Positions 38,029-47,992 are shown, counted from the first letter of the stretch. The stretch is 64,000 bases of DNA from a bacterium (GCA_021816845.1 JAKAWT010000001.1:6087-70086); one strand, 5' to 3'. The notes: generated by a model not told the origin, from the letters alone. Made by a program: numbers and translations.

Positions 38029-38611
38029 AACCTATTGGAGGTACAACATTTTTGCTCCTTATAAAATATAAATGTATCACTAAAAGCAAAATTAAAACTA
38101 AAGGTAGAATTACTACATGCAATCCATATACCTGACCGTTATCTAATATATTAAAAAAGAATGTCGCTCCTATAGCATTCATAGCGTCTTTAGCTTGTAC
38201 CTGATTCCATTGGGCAAAAAACCCTCCTCCCATTAAATATCCCATAAAAGCTTCAAACATAGATATACCAAATAGTAAGGATCCACTTATCCATGTAATT
38301 ATTCTTCCTTTTCTCCATCCTGCTATAAAAAAATTTGTAAGAAAATGTACTGTCATAAAGAAAAAGAAAACTTGGGCTGCCCAAAAATGCATAGACCTAA
38401 AAAAGAATCCTATTTGTGAGTATTGATACCATATAGGACCTTCATAAACCATAATAATTCCTGTAATTATAAGTGTCACAAAACAAGCAAGGGTCAAAGA
38501 TCCAAACATATAAACAAATGAAGATACATATATTGGTAATTCTTCTGGAAGGAGTGTGTCTGGGTCTAAATCTTTTTTTATTCTTTTTTTAAGTTCACTT
38601 GTCAGATTCAT
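38018..38611 (-). CDS. cytochrome b6-type (N-terminal four-helix, di-heme) subunit
   Basis: Helix B FRSMHFWAAQVFFFFMTVHF (His spacing 14) and helix D LHVVILPLVLILLLVIHLYF (His spacing 15) align with b6/QcrB. Confidence 0.7.
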   Translation of the reverse strand: MNLTSELKKRIKKDLDPDTLLPEELPIYVSSFVYMFGSLTLACFVTLIITGIIMVYEGPIWYQYSQIGFFFRSMHFWAAQVFFFFMTVHFLTNFFIAGWRKGRIITWISGSLLFGISMFEAFMGYLMGGGFFAQWNQVQAKDAMNAIGATFFFNILDNGQVYGLHVVILPLVLILLLVIHLYFIRSKNVVPPIGYDG

Positions 38612-38793
38612 TCTCTTTCTTTTTTGATTTCTTGCTTTCGAATGATGGATATGGAAGAATTATTGCTACTATAAATACAACTATCAATAATCCATATATA
38701 AAAATATCTATAGCTAAAGACGACGTCATAATAGAGTTACATTACTATCAATTATGAGTTTTGTCAATAATAAATCTGAGAGTAATTAGAATC

Positions 38794-39348
38794 CTAATTT
38801 TTAAATGCAATAATTTGATAAAAATTTTCTGATATATCTTGTACTTTAATATCTGAAAAATTGGTTCTTTTTAATAGCTCTTCTGCCTCAGTTTCAGATA
38901 ATCTTATACTCAATGGAGGTCCCATTTTTGTATCTTTCTTCTTCCAATCAAAATCAACTAATTTACCTTTATTTTTTAACATTGAAAAAGAGTTTTGTAA
39001 AACTTTAAAAGGGTCTTTAAAATCATGTAATACTGTACCAAGGAAAATAATGTCTGCAATATTTTCTCCCCCTAAAAAATTCTCACCCTCTGATATAACA
39101 GTCTCTATATTATTAATACCATTATCCATAATTTTATTTTTGAGTCTCTCTATAGCAGTAGAATCTATATCAATAGCATAAACCTTACCATTTAACCCCA
39201 CTATTTTAGATGCAGGAACAGAGAAAAATCCATCGTTTGATCCTATATCTATAAAGGTATACCCCTCTTTTAAACCTATACTTTTAAGTATTTTAAAAGG
39301 GTCTTGAATCTTTAATCTTATCTCTTCGTTATATTGGAATTTATGCAT
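38794..39348 (-). CDS. class I SAM-dependent methyltransferase
   Basis: Motif I FIDIGSNDGFFS and motif II region; 184 aa. Confidence 0.6.
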   Translation of the reverse strand: MHKFQYNEEIRLKIQDPFKILKSIGLKEGYTFIDIGSNDGFFSVPASKIVGLNGKVYAIDIDSTAIERLKNKIMDNGINNIETVISEGENFLGGENIADIIFLGTVLHDFKDPFKVLQNSFSMLKNKGKLVDFDWKKKDTKMGPPLSIRLSETEAEELLKRTNFSDIKVQDISENFYQIIAFKN

Positions 39349-39450
39349 TTTGTATTGTATGAAGTATCGTCATAGTAGATAGAGAACATTAATATTAAAT
39401 TAATAAAAAAATTTGTACAAAAACTATAGGTTATGGCATAGTTTGTACTT

Positions 39451-39768
39451 ATGGAAATTAATCAAATACAAAATAACGAAACCTTAGAAGAAACATTACC
39501 AGGAGTAATAATGCTCATGGGAAAAGGAGACCCTTGGAAAGATGAAGCTGAAATGGCTGCACTAAGATCAATGGCAACATCAACAGCACTGCTATGGCAC
39601 TTAGCTCCAGATTCAAGAAAGCCATATATACTGTCAACCGCAGCTAATATTGAAGATAGTGATAACCCTCAATGTCAAGAATACTCAGATGTTTTATCAT
39701 CGCAACTTTTAGATCTTGGATCTGGATCCCTTGGAATAGATCCTAAATATTTTATTTTTAGAGATTGA
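39451..39768 (+). CDS. hypothetical protein (GC-elevated, no homology recognised); possibly a gene remnant
   Basis: 105-aa ORF followed by non-coding sequence holding an acylphosphatase-like fragment (…GKGRIEIVAFHNKERVKKLLSFL) in another frame. Confidence 0.25.
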   Translation: MEINQIQNNETLEETLPGVIMLMGKGDPWKDEAEMAALRSMATSTALLWHLAPDSRKPYILSTAANIEDSDNPQCQEYSDVLSSQLLDLGSGSLGIDPKYFIFRD

Positions 39769-40024
39769 GCATTTGAGACAAACATAGAATTAAGGCTTCT
39801 AAGGAGATTATACCTTTCTCATTTTAAAGGCACAGGTAAAGGAAGAATAGAAATTGTGGCATTCCATAATAAGGAAAGAGTGAAGAAATTATTATCTTTT
39901 CTAAGTACTCAAGATAAAGATATTCCTGGAGAAATAATAGAAGAAAAACATATAGAAGAAAGGCTATTGATATGGTAAACCAATTATCTAAAATATGAAA
40001 TAACTACAGTATTTGTAGTATTAA

Positions 40025-40098
40025 TTGACCTTGGCGGGATTCGAACCCGCGATCTTTAGGATGAGAACCTAATATCCTAGACCACTAGACGACAAGGC
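40025..40098 (-). tRNA. tRNA-Glu (anticodon CUC)
   Basis: Minus-strand GGCCUUG acceptor stem (G2.U71), D-arm UCGUCUAGUGGUCUAGGAU, anticodon stem UUAGG/CCUAA with loop UUCUCAU, T-arm GCGGGUUCGAAUCCCGC, discriminator A, no encoded CCA. Confidence 0.8.
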
Positions 40099-40158
40099 CA
40101 TATTGAAGATTATATATTAAGAATAATGTTTTGTGAAATCAATTGGTATTCAATATTC

Positions 40159-41349
40159 TTATAGAGTTGAATACAAAGTACTATCATCTGATCCTAGAAT
40201 AACTATTATATTCCCAGTATAAAAAGATGGGTTGTGTTTAATTAATTTTACATTACTTGGACCTAAAATATCTATTATCTGATTCACTTCATATTTATAT
40301 TGAGAATAATTGCCAACATATATCTCATCTTTTGTTAGTGTTTGATTATATATACCTATAGATGATATTGTACCTCCAAGGTTTTGTATATATCTTGAAA
40401 ACTGATATACTGCATTATTTGATGAGGAAGAATCTAATATTTGTACTGAAACGCCACTCTTTGCAAATGTTGTACTTGTAAAATTAGACCTTATAAATGC
40501 ATCAATATTTTTTAAATTAATCAAACCACTAGCCTTATATTCTAATAAATTAATATTTTGAATTTTGAGTTTATATATAGCATATAGTAGATTAAATATA
40601 TTTTGACCTTCTATATTAGATCTGAAAATAGTTTGTATATATCCTATATCTGAACTAGTATTAAGCAAACTTAAAGGTGATAGTATATTTGATAAAATAC
40701 CTTGAAAAATAAGATTTTTAATATACAGATTATCAAATGTATCTGATTTTGAAGATAGTATTATTATTGCTTGGCCTGCAGTTAATGTATTTTCTCCATC
40801 ATTTATTGGAACACCGTCAATATTAGTACTTAAAGATGACACTATGGATATATTTCTAGTTCCTAGTAAAGAACTAGAACTTAGTGATATATATCCATCT
40901 ATTGGTATTGCTAAATTATATCTTATAACTTTTAAAAGAAGATTCATGCCATCTTTTGGAGCATTTAAATTTCCAATTGGATAAATAGTTCTTAAAGTCT
41001 GATTTGATGAGAGAGAAGTATAAAAGTTCATATTAGATGGTAAAGCCATCAAAGTTGTAGATGTTCCAGGAGTAACAGTTAGGATAGCATTATATGTATT
41101 AACGGTGAATCCATTATCTTTAGATTCATAAACAATGAGTATACTGGTGGTGTTATTAGATGATACTGTAGCTAGTCCACCACTATATCCAGAATCTCCA
41201 TTAATAGTTATATTATTTAATCTTGTAACATTAGAAAACAAGAAATAAATAATATATAAGAATATTATAATAGCAATTATTATTATAAGGTGACTTGATT
41301 TTCTTCTCTTTTTATAGGCTTGCATAGTATTTATATAAAACATTAACAT
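40159..41349 (-). CDS. LytR-CpsA-Psr (LCP) family cell-envelope polymer transferase with LytR_C-like C-terminal domain
   Basis: N-terminal TM; LCP core blocks (ILIVYESKDNG…NTYNAILTV…TLMALPSNM…KDGMNLLLKVIRYNLAIPIDGY); C-terminal VQILDSSSSNNAVYQFSRYIQNLGG. Confidence 0.65.
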   Translation of the reverse strand: MLMFYINTMQAYKKRRKSSHLIIIIAIIIFLYIIYFLFSNVTRLNNITINGDSGYSGGLATVSSNNTTSILIVYESKDNGFTVNTYNAILTVTPGTSTTLMALPSNMNFYTSLSSNQTLRTIYPIGNLNAPKDGMNLLLKVIRYNLAIPIDGYISLSSSSLLGTRNISIVSSLSTNIDGVPINDGENTLTAGQAIIILSSKSDTFDNLYIKNLIFQGILSNILSPLSLLNTSSDIGYIQTIFRSNIEGQNIFNLLYAIYKLKIQNINLLEYKASGLINLKNIDAFIRSNFTSTTFAKSGVSVQILDSSSSNNAVYQFSRYIQNLGGTISSIGIYNQTLTKDEIYVGNYSQYKYEVNQIIDILGPSNVKLIKHNPSFYTGNIIVILGSDDSTLYSTL

Positions 41350-41390
41350 TAAAAATTTACTTTGTAAAATATTTTTAGTAGAATAAGCTT

Positions 41391-42158
41391 ATGTTTACCA
41401 AGTTTAAATCAATATTTTTCCCTACTAAGGAAAATAAATATCATTCACCAATATTATCCTACAAAGTACTCCTGATTTTTATAGTGTTCTTATCTTTTAT
41501 CAATCTTGCACTCCCCTCTTTTGCATATGGCTCTGGTATAAACAATAGTCAGATATTTATAAGTTTAAATAAGATCAGACAAGATAACAATGAGTCCACA
41601 TTATACATGAACCAAAACTTGGATCTATATGCAAAAAATATAGTTAATAATATGTTTCAATATCAGTATTTTGGAAGAATAAATCCGGTAAAAGGTACAT
41701 CTTTCTATTCATTTGTAAATATGAATAAATTCAGCAATATGAATTTGATTCTATTTAAAAACTATGTCTCACAATCATCATTTTCAAATACACTAATACA
41801 GAATTATAAAAATATTATTACCAGTCCCAATATTAATGATATAGGCATTTATGAAGGCAATGGAGTTTTAAATGGAAATAATGTCAATATTATTGCCATT
41901 CTAACAGCTAAAGGTGTTCCTTCAAATATTATTCCGTTATTTTCTAATAATAATCAAAGTAGTTTTATAAATTATAAAATTATTGAATATACCGATCTTT
42001 TTGTACTACTTTTTATAACATTACTTCTTATCACTGATGTGATAGTTACTTATTATTACAAAATTGAAAGAGAAAAAATGATATCAAATATGCATTTACC
42101 TCTACTTTTTGTATCTATAATAGTTGTATTTGTACTTATAATAGGGATATCTTTATGA
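41391..42158 (+). CDS. CAP/SCP (YkwD-like) domain protein with C-terminal TM anchor
   Basis: Signal/TM at the N-terminus; LNKIRQDNNESTLYMNQNLDLYAKNIVNNM and NIITSPNINDIGIYEG blocks resemble CAP domain motifs. Confidence 0.45.
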   Translation: MFTKFKSIFFPTKENKYHSPILSYKVLLIFIVFLSFINLALPSFAYGSGINNSQIFISLNKIRQDNNESTLYMNQNLDLYAKNIVNNMFQYQYFGRINPVKGTSFYSFVNMNKFSNMNLILFKNYVSQSSFSNTLIQNYKNIITSPNINDIGIYEGNGVLNGNNVNIIAILTAKGVPSNIIPLFSNNNQSSFINYKIIEYTDLFVLLFITLLLITDVIVTYYYKIEREKMISNMHLPLLFVSIIVVFVLIIGISL

Positions 42159-42979
42159 AAAATATAATAAGATATGAAATAGAATTTACCACAAGTATAT
42201 TTTTTATACTCTTAGAAATATTATTTTTTGTAATATTGTTATCTTCAATAACTATAGTAGTTGCTTATGTAATACTATCAACAATATTTTTCATCCTTTT
42301 TATAATTGATAGTATAAAAAGATTTAGAAAATATATAAAACAGATTAATTCTGAGGAAGCTAAAAAAATAAATAAAAATATCTATTTGTTTAATCAGATA
42401 ATTTTACCAATTGCAACATATATTGGAACTCTATCTTTTATACTTTTAAACACATTGGACTTATTAACTATCCAATTTTTTATAGTACTATCCACTGCAC
42501 TCTTCTATATTCTTATAAAACATATAGAAGTATATCTTGAAACTTTTGAATTTGATGAGAGAACCCACTATATAATAAATGGAGTCAAAGTATACATTTT
42601 CTTTCTTTTATCATATTCAGTTTTACAAATATCTTCTATTATAAATTTATCTAACCTCCTTGTTCCTGTGTTCATATTTTCTATATCTTTAACTCTACTG
42701 TTATTACTTATACAAAGAAATAAACAATTCCTAAATAGTACTATCTGGTATGCTATATTAATATCATTTGTGATCGGATGCTCTGTATTCTTGATGGATA
42801 TATTTGTTAATAATGCAATAATAACTGCATTCACAATAACTTCTCTCTTTTACTTTTTTGAAGCAATTCTACACCATAAATTAGAGAATAAGCTATCTAA
42901 TGAACTCATAATAGAATATATCCTATTTTTAGTCATTATATTCCTTATAATTAAAGGGTTATTTGGAATTTATGTGTAG
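42155..42979 (+). CDS. polytopic membrane protein, unknown function
   Basis: 274 aa, about 8 TM helices, ATGA overlap with the CAP-domain gene. Confidence 0.4.
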   Translation: MKNIIRYEIEFTTSIFFILLEILFFVILLSSITIVVAYVILSTIFFILFIIDSIKRFRKYIKQINSEEAKKINKNIYLFNQIILPIATYIGTLSFILLNTLDLLTIQFFIVLSTALFYILIKHIEVYLETFEFDERTHYIINGVKVYIFFLLSYSVLQISSIINLSNLLVPVFIFSISLTLLLLLIQRNKQFLNSTIWYAILISFVIGCSVFLMDIFVNNAIITAFTITSLFYFFEAILHHKLENKLSNELIIEYILFLVIIFLIIKGLFGIYV

Positions 42980-42992
42980 AAACTATTTAGAA

Positions 42993-44261
42993 TCAAAATA
43001 CTATTGCAGAAAAGATACCCGATTCTGAATATGTAATACCACCACCCATATATTGTCCAAATGTCAAATTTGGACCAAACCAAGGATCTTGCATTGTACC
43101 TGTAGCACCTAAAGGACCAGTCATGGTAACAAAATGTGTACCAAATTGATTATCATTGGTATATAAACCAACGACTACTGGGGTAGATGGTGATGCATAT
43201 GTATTAATTAAATCTATTGATGATGTATTACCAAAAGATTCTGTTTGTATACCAGGAAAATCACTAAAAATTGCACCGTTACTGTCCCAATATTGAGAAG
43301 AATTTACATCATATGGATTAAATCCTGTATTGCCAATAAGATTTTCAGCTATAATAGCTGCAATTAATGAACAGCCAGCGTTCGAGTAAGTGTATCCAGT
43401 ATTAGCCAGATCAATATTACCCCATGCTGGACACTCTTGTGAATAATATGCACCTATATTACAAGGGGCATTTCCAATTACTCCTGGCGTTCCAGATTGT
43501 AATGCAAGCCTGTCAATTTGGGCAAGTATACTTTGCATCTTGGCTTGAGTTTGAGCATTTTGTGAACTTAAACTATTATTTACATTTGCAAGAGAATTTT
43601 TTTCTTGTTGTAGTGTACTTTGATCAGCAAGTAATGTTTGTTGTTGTGTTTCAAGACTGTTATATAAATTAGTAGCATCCTTCTGATTTAATGCTACTGT
43701 AGCTTTATTCGAATTAAGTCTTGAAATTATAACAATTAATTCTTGCGCTAACTGATTCTGATGTTGGATTGATGCATTAAAATATTCAACTGATGCAAGA
43801 GCGTTATTTATATTAGGGTTACCTATAAACATTTCTGCAGGAGGAATATATGTTTGCTCATATCCAGATTTAGCATTACTATTTATTTTACCCTTTATAA
43901 CAAGAATTTTTGATTGTTCTTGGGCAATTTGTATATTTAGCTGAGCAATTTGATTATTTAACTGATTTATCTGTACTTGTTCATTAGAAATGAGTGCCTG
44001 TTTTTGTAAGATCAATTGCTGATAAGTATTAATCTGTGGTATAAGATTTGCAATTGCTCCGTTATTAGCATTGATTTTTGATTGATTCTGATTTATTAAA
44101 CCTTCTAACTGTTGATATTGTTGTTGCAAGGAATTTAGAGAATCACCAGCACCTACAGTATGAGGACTAGTAATTAATAGGGTAGAAAAAAATGATAGTG
44201 TTATAATTGAAAATAAAACTATCCTAAAAGACTTATTTTTATACAACTTAAATATTCTCAT
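42993..44261 (-). CDS. PcsB-like secreted protein: Gln-rich coiled-coil N-terminal domain plus C-terminal Cys/His (CHAP or NlpC/P60-like) putative peptidoglycan hydrolase domain
   Basis: Signal peptide; long heptad Q/N/L-rich region; C-terminal domain with candidate Cys (NAGCSLIAA) and His (GTHFVTMTG); immediately downstream of ftsE-ftsX. Confidence 0.55.
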   Translation of the reverse strand: MRIFKLYKNKSFRIVLFSIITLSFFSTLLITSPHTVGAGDSLNSLQQQYQQLEGLINQNQSKINANNGAIANLIPQINTYQQLILQKQALISNEQVQINQLNNQIAQLNIQIAQEQSKILVIKGKINSNAKSGYEQTYIPPAEMFIGNPNINNALASVEYFNASIQHQNQLAQELIVIISRLNSNKATVALNQKDATNLYNSLETQQQTLLADQSTLQQEKNSLANVNNSLSSQNAQTQAKMQSILAQIDRLALQSGTPGVIGNAPCNIGAYYSQECPAWGNIDLANTGYTYSNAGCSLIAAIIAENLIGNTGFNPYDVNSSQYWDSNGAIFSDFPGIQTESFGNTSSIDLINTYASPSTPVVVGLYTNDNQFGTHFVTMTGPLGATGTMQDPWFGPNLTFGQYMGGGITYSESGIFSAIVF

Positions 44262-44358
44262 ACTTATATATTGACACGAATAAATATAGCATTATATAAG
44301 ATTTTTTACAAACACAACAATAAGAATACTAACACTATAGTATTTTAAAGAGGTCTAT

Positions 44359-45279
44359 TTATTTTAAATATTTTGTAATAGAGATAGAGGAAGCTATAGC
44401 TCCTATCACTATACCTATAAGAGCCTCTACACCAACTACCTCTAAAACTAGAAACAAAGAATAATGTGGGAGTGGAACTCCTTGAAAAAATTGTTCTAGT
44501 GGAAACAAGATGGTAGCTCTATAATAAGTACTTATAATAATAAATATTAGGTATAAAACAATACTAGAAATAAAAACTCCTAAAACTCCATACAAGGCTC
44601 CCTCCATTATAAAAGGCCCTACTACATATGTAGTAGATGCACCCACTAATTTCATAATTTCAATATCCTCAGAATGTGAATTTATTGTTATAGCTATAGT
44701 TATGATTATAATAACAAATGCTATAATACTAAGGAATATTATAAGCCCCAGACCAACATCACTTATTACTGATACTGCCTGCTTTAGAAACTGTACAACA
44801 TTTTTAAAATATAGTATGTTATCAATCTCTCCATGGCTATTTTTCTTTAATTTATATAAAGTATTTGCAACATCCTGAAGATTAGAAAGATTTTGGGTAC
44901 TAACTTCAAAAGATGGTGGTAAAGCATTCATATCTACTGATTTTGCTAAAGTAGGATTCTGGGTTTTTAATAATTTTACAAACCTTTGATACGCAACTTC
45001 TTTTGATATGAATTTGATTGATGTAACCTTCCCAGTATCTTCTATATTAGTCTTTACCTGGGATATGTAAGTTTGAGATGCTTGTGGGTTAAAGAATACA
45101 ATAATTTGAGATTTTGATTCATAATAGTGAAGAATAACATTCACAGAATAAAGAGTAAATATGAATATAGATATAACAAAGAACGTTAGCGTCATTATTG
45201 CAACAGAAGAGAATGATAACCATCCATTTCTTCTTATATGTTCATACGTATATTTTATTAATCTCCTAACTTTTATCAT
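44359..45279 (-). CDS. ftsX: cell division permease FtsX-like
   Basis: 4 TM helices with a large first extracytoplasmic loop; 4-bp overlap with ftsE. Confidence 0.75.
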   Translation of the reverse strand: MIKVRRLIKYTYEHIRRNGWLSFSSVAIMTLTFFVISIFIFTLYSVNVILHYYESKSQIIVFFNPQASQTYISQVKTNIEDTGKVTSIKFISKEVAYQRFVKLLKTQNPTLAKSVDMNALPPSFEVSTQNLSNLQDVANTLYKLKKNSHGEIDNILYFKNVVQFLKQAVSVISDVGLGLIIFLSIIAFVIIIITIAITINSHSEDIEIMKLVGASTTYVVGPFIMEGALYGVLGVFISSIVLYLIFIIISTYYRATILFPLEQFFQGVPLPHYSLFLVLEVVGVEALIGIVIGAIASSISITKYLK

Positions 45280-45950
45280 TCGTTATAACCTCCCATAGAA
45301 TCTCTAACAATTTTACCTTCATCCAGAGAGATTACTCTCTTTTGCAGTGAATTGACTATATCAGAAGCATGTGTTGCCATTAGGATCGTAGTACCCCAAT
45401 TATTTATTTTATTTAAAAGTTGTACTATATCCCATGAAACATTAGGATCCAAATTTCCAGTAGGTTCATCTGCAATCAATATATGTGGGTTGTTTACCAT
45501 TGCTCTTGCTATAGCAATCCTTTGTTTCTCTCCTCCTGATAACTGGTGAGGGAATGACCTGGATTTTGCTGAAAGTCCAACAAGATCCAACATATAATTA
45601 ACGGCCTTTTTTATTTCTCTATTAGAAAAATCAGAAACCTCCATAGCAAAAGCTACATTTTCAAATGCAGTTTTCCTAGGTAATAGTTTGAAATCCTGAA
45701 AAACAACCCCAATTTCACGACGTAGATGTGGGAGAGCTTTACGGGACAATTGCTCTATATCATATCCAGCAAAATGTATACTACCGGATGTTGGAGTCTC
45801 TTCTCTTATTAAAAGTTTTACTAAAGTACTCTTTCCAGCTCCAGAGTGACCAACTAGAAAAACAAATTCTCCTTCTTCAATATGAAAATTTATATCATCA
45901 AGAGCAACTCTATTACCATATTTTTTTGAAACATCTTTGAATGTAAGCAT
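45276..45950 (-). CDS. ftsE: cell division ATP-binding protein FtsE
   Basis: Walker A GHSGAGKST; signature LSGGEKQR; 224 aa. Confidence 0.85.
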   Translation of the reverse strand: MLTFKDVSKKYGNRVALDDINFHIEEGEFVFLVGHSGAGKSTLVKLLIREETPTSGSIHFAGYDIEQLSRKALPHLRREIGVVFQDFKLLPRKTAFENVAFAMEVSDFSNREIKKAVNYMLDLVGLSAKSRSFPHQLSGGEKQRIAIARAMVNNPHILIADEPTGNLDPNVSWDIVQLLNKINNWGTTILMATHASDIVNSLQKRVISLDEGKIVRDSMGGYNE

Positions 45951-46003
45951 ACTACATATTACAGGATATAATAAAAATCATCAATTTTCAAATGCCTATG
46001 AAG

Positions 46004-47077
46004 TTATAATTTAATCTCTTCAAAAATAAACATATCTAAATCTCCTCCTAACACAGCTTCTGTATTAGTTGTTTCCATCTTTGTACGCAAATCCTTGACA
46101 AGTTTATATGGATTTAGAACGTAATTCCTTATCTGGTTTCCCCACATAGCAACTTTGTGTTCGCCTTTAAGGTCAGACATTTCTTTTTGTTTTTTTTCCT
46201 CACCAAGCTTAAAAAGTTGTGCCTTTAATTTTCTCATAGCATACTCTCTGTTTTGCACTTGAGTTCTTTCTGATCCAGCAGAAACTACTATGCCAGTTGG
46301 TATATGTTTTATAATAACCTTGGAATTAACTTTATTAACGTTCTGCCCACCAGGGCCACCACTTCGTGTAGTTTGGAATTCTAAATCATCATTTTTTATT
46401 TCTATCTCATCATCATCTTCTATAATAGGCATAACCTCAACTAGAGCAAAAGATGTCTGTCTTAATCCTTGAGCATTAAAAGGAGATACACGCACTAATC
46501 TATGAGTACCACTCTCTCTTTTTAGATATCCATAAGCATAAATGCCATTTACTTCCATACTAACGCTAGATATCCCAGCTTCATTACCAGAAAGAATATC
46601 AGTAATTTCATATTTCCATCCTTTTTTATTAAAATATCTTGTATACATCCTAAATAACATATCTGTCCAATCCATAGCCTCTGTACCGCCTTGACCAGCA
46701 TGTATAGAGAAAATAGCTCCAGCCTTATCATATTTAGATGATAAGTACGTGCTTAGTTCCATTTCATCACACTCTTTTTTAATTTTTTCTATCTCTTTTG
46801 TAATTTCAATATAATCTTCTTCCTTAGATAACAAAAAGAGTTCATCAATATATTTTATCTTCTCCTCAAGGTCTAGAATTTTATTAACTTCACCTTGGTT
46901 AAAGGTTAATTCTTTTGCTATTTTAGTAGCATTCAAACTATCTTCCCAAAAACCTTCAGTAGAACTCTCTATTTCAAGTTCCTCTATCCTTTTCTCTAAA
47001 GCGGGTATATTTATTTTATCCCGTATATTTTTTATCCTTTCAGTTAATATGGATATTTGTTCTTTTATATCATTCAT
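46004..47077 (-). CDS. prfB: peptide chain release factor 2
   Basis: SPF tripeptide (VRVSPFNA); GGQ motif (SGGPGGQNVNK); full-length ORF, so no programmed frameshift is needed. Confidence 0.85.
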   Translation of the reverse strand: MNDIKEQISILTERIKNIRDKINIPALEKRIEELEIESSTEGFWEDSLNATKIAKELTFNQGEVNKILDLEEKIKYIDELFLLSKEEDYIEITKEIEKIKKECDEMELSTYLSSKYDKAGAIFSIHAGQGGTEAMDWTDMLFRMYTRYFNKKGWKYEITDILSGNEAGISSVSMEVNGIYAYGYLKRESGTHRLVRVSPFNAQGLRQTSFALVEVMPIIEDDDEIEIKNDDLEFQTTRSGGPGGQNVNKVNSKVIIKHIPTGIVVSAGSERTQVQNREYAMRKLKAQLFKLGEEKKQKEMSDLKGEHKVAMWGNQIRNYVLNPYKLVKDLRTKMETTNTEAVLGGDLDMFIFEEIKL

Positions 47078-47487
47078 CAGGATTCTTTCAATTTCAGTAT
47101 TTCTTTTACTTCATCAAGTACTTGTTGGGGGTTTTGATAAGATTTTATTAGGTATCCAGAAGCCTGTCTAGCAAATCCTTCTTTTATAGTAGTTTCATCA
47201 GAAAGATTAGTTAACAGTATTACAGGAATATTCATTGTAGACGGAGATGTTTTAAGCTCTTTTAGTACATCTAACCCATTAATACCTGGGAGCATTATAT
47301 CAAGAACTATAATATTTGGTTTCTCATTTTTTGCTAGTATTAAACCATCCTCTCCATTATATGCATTAACAACAGAAAATGAGTCGTTTTCAAATATTCT
47401 TGAATAAATAAATGCTAGATCCACATCATCCTCAACAAACAGTACTTTAATTTTATTTCTAGAATTCATACTATCTACATTATACAT
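47077..47487 (-). CDS. single-domain response regulator (REC only)
   Basis: VLFVEDDVD…IIVLDIMLPGINGLDVLKELK; 136 aa; 1-nt overlap with the prfB start. Confidence 0.7.
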   Translation of the reverse strand: MYNVDSMNSRNKIKVLFVEDDVDLAFIYSRIFENDSFSVVNAYNGEDGLILAKNEKPNIIVLDIMLPGINGLDVLKELKTSPSTMNIPVILLTNLSDETTIKEGFARQASGYLIKSYQNPQQVLDEVKEILKLKES

Positions 47488-47551
47488 ATTGCATGTAAAA
47501 ATTAAAGCTCACTACGAAAGCTATTGATTTTTTTTATATTGCAAGTATACT

Positions 47552-47992
47552 ATGAGATATGATATACTCCATTTTCTTATGATAGAGCAAGAACCAACAG
47601 AAAACACAGAAATACTAGATCCTCGAAAGGTTGAAGAGGAATTATATATAAAGATGAGAGGATTCAATTCCCATCTTCATGCCAGGTTAGAATCAGTTGA
47701 CATGGGGACTATAAAATGTAACTATGTATATTCTGATGAAAGGGATAGTGTATTACCTCATGAAAAAACAATATTTGTAGATCCTGAGAATGACGAAATA
47801 TTAAGAACAGATTATATTGGTGATAAATTAAAAGTTACCGTATGGTTCAATGCTAAAACCAGAAGAAATTCTAGTATAATACAGTTTGAAAACCCTATTA
47901 TAACTTTATTTTCACCCGAAGAAGATATGGATTATGTTTCATATTTACCACTGAAAGACAAATTTATAAGGACAATTATTCCAAAAAGATAA
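47552..47992 (+). CDS. hypothetical small acidic protein (family member 1 of 3)
   Basis: 146 aa; weak similarity to the two downstream ORFs. Confidence 0.35.
   Translation: MRYDILHFLMIEQEPTENTEILDPRKVEEELYIKMRGFNSHLHARLESVDMGTIKCNYVYSDERDSVLPHEKTIFVDPENDEILRTDYIGDKLKVTVWFNAKTRRNSSIIQFENPIITLFSPEEDMDYVSYLPLKDKFIRTIIPKR

Noticed and set aside
46004-47077. Programmed +1 frameshift site in prfB
   Set aside because: The ORF is full length (357 aa) from its ATG with no internal shift, so this prfB does not use the autoregulatory frameshift.
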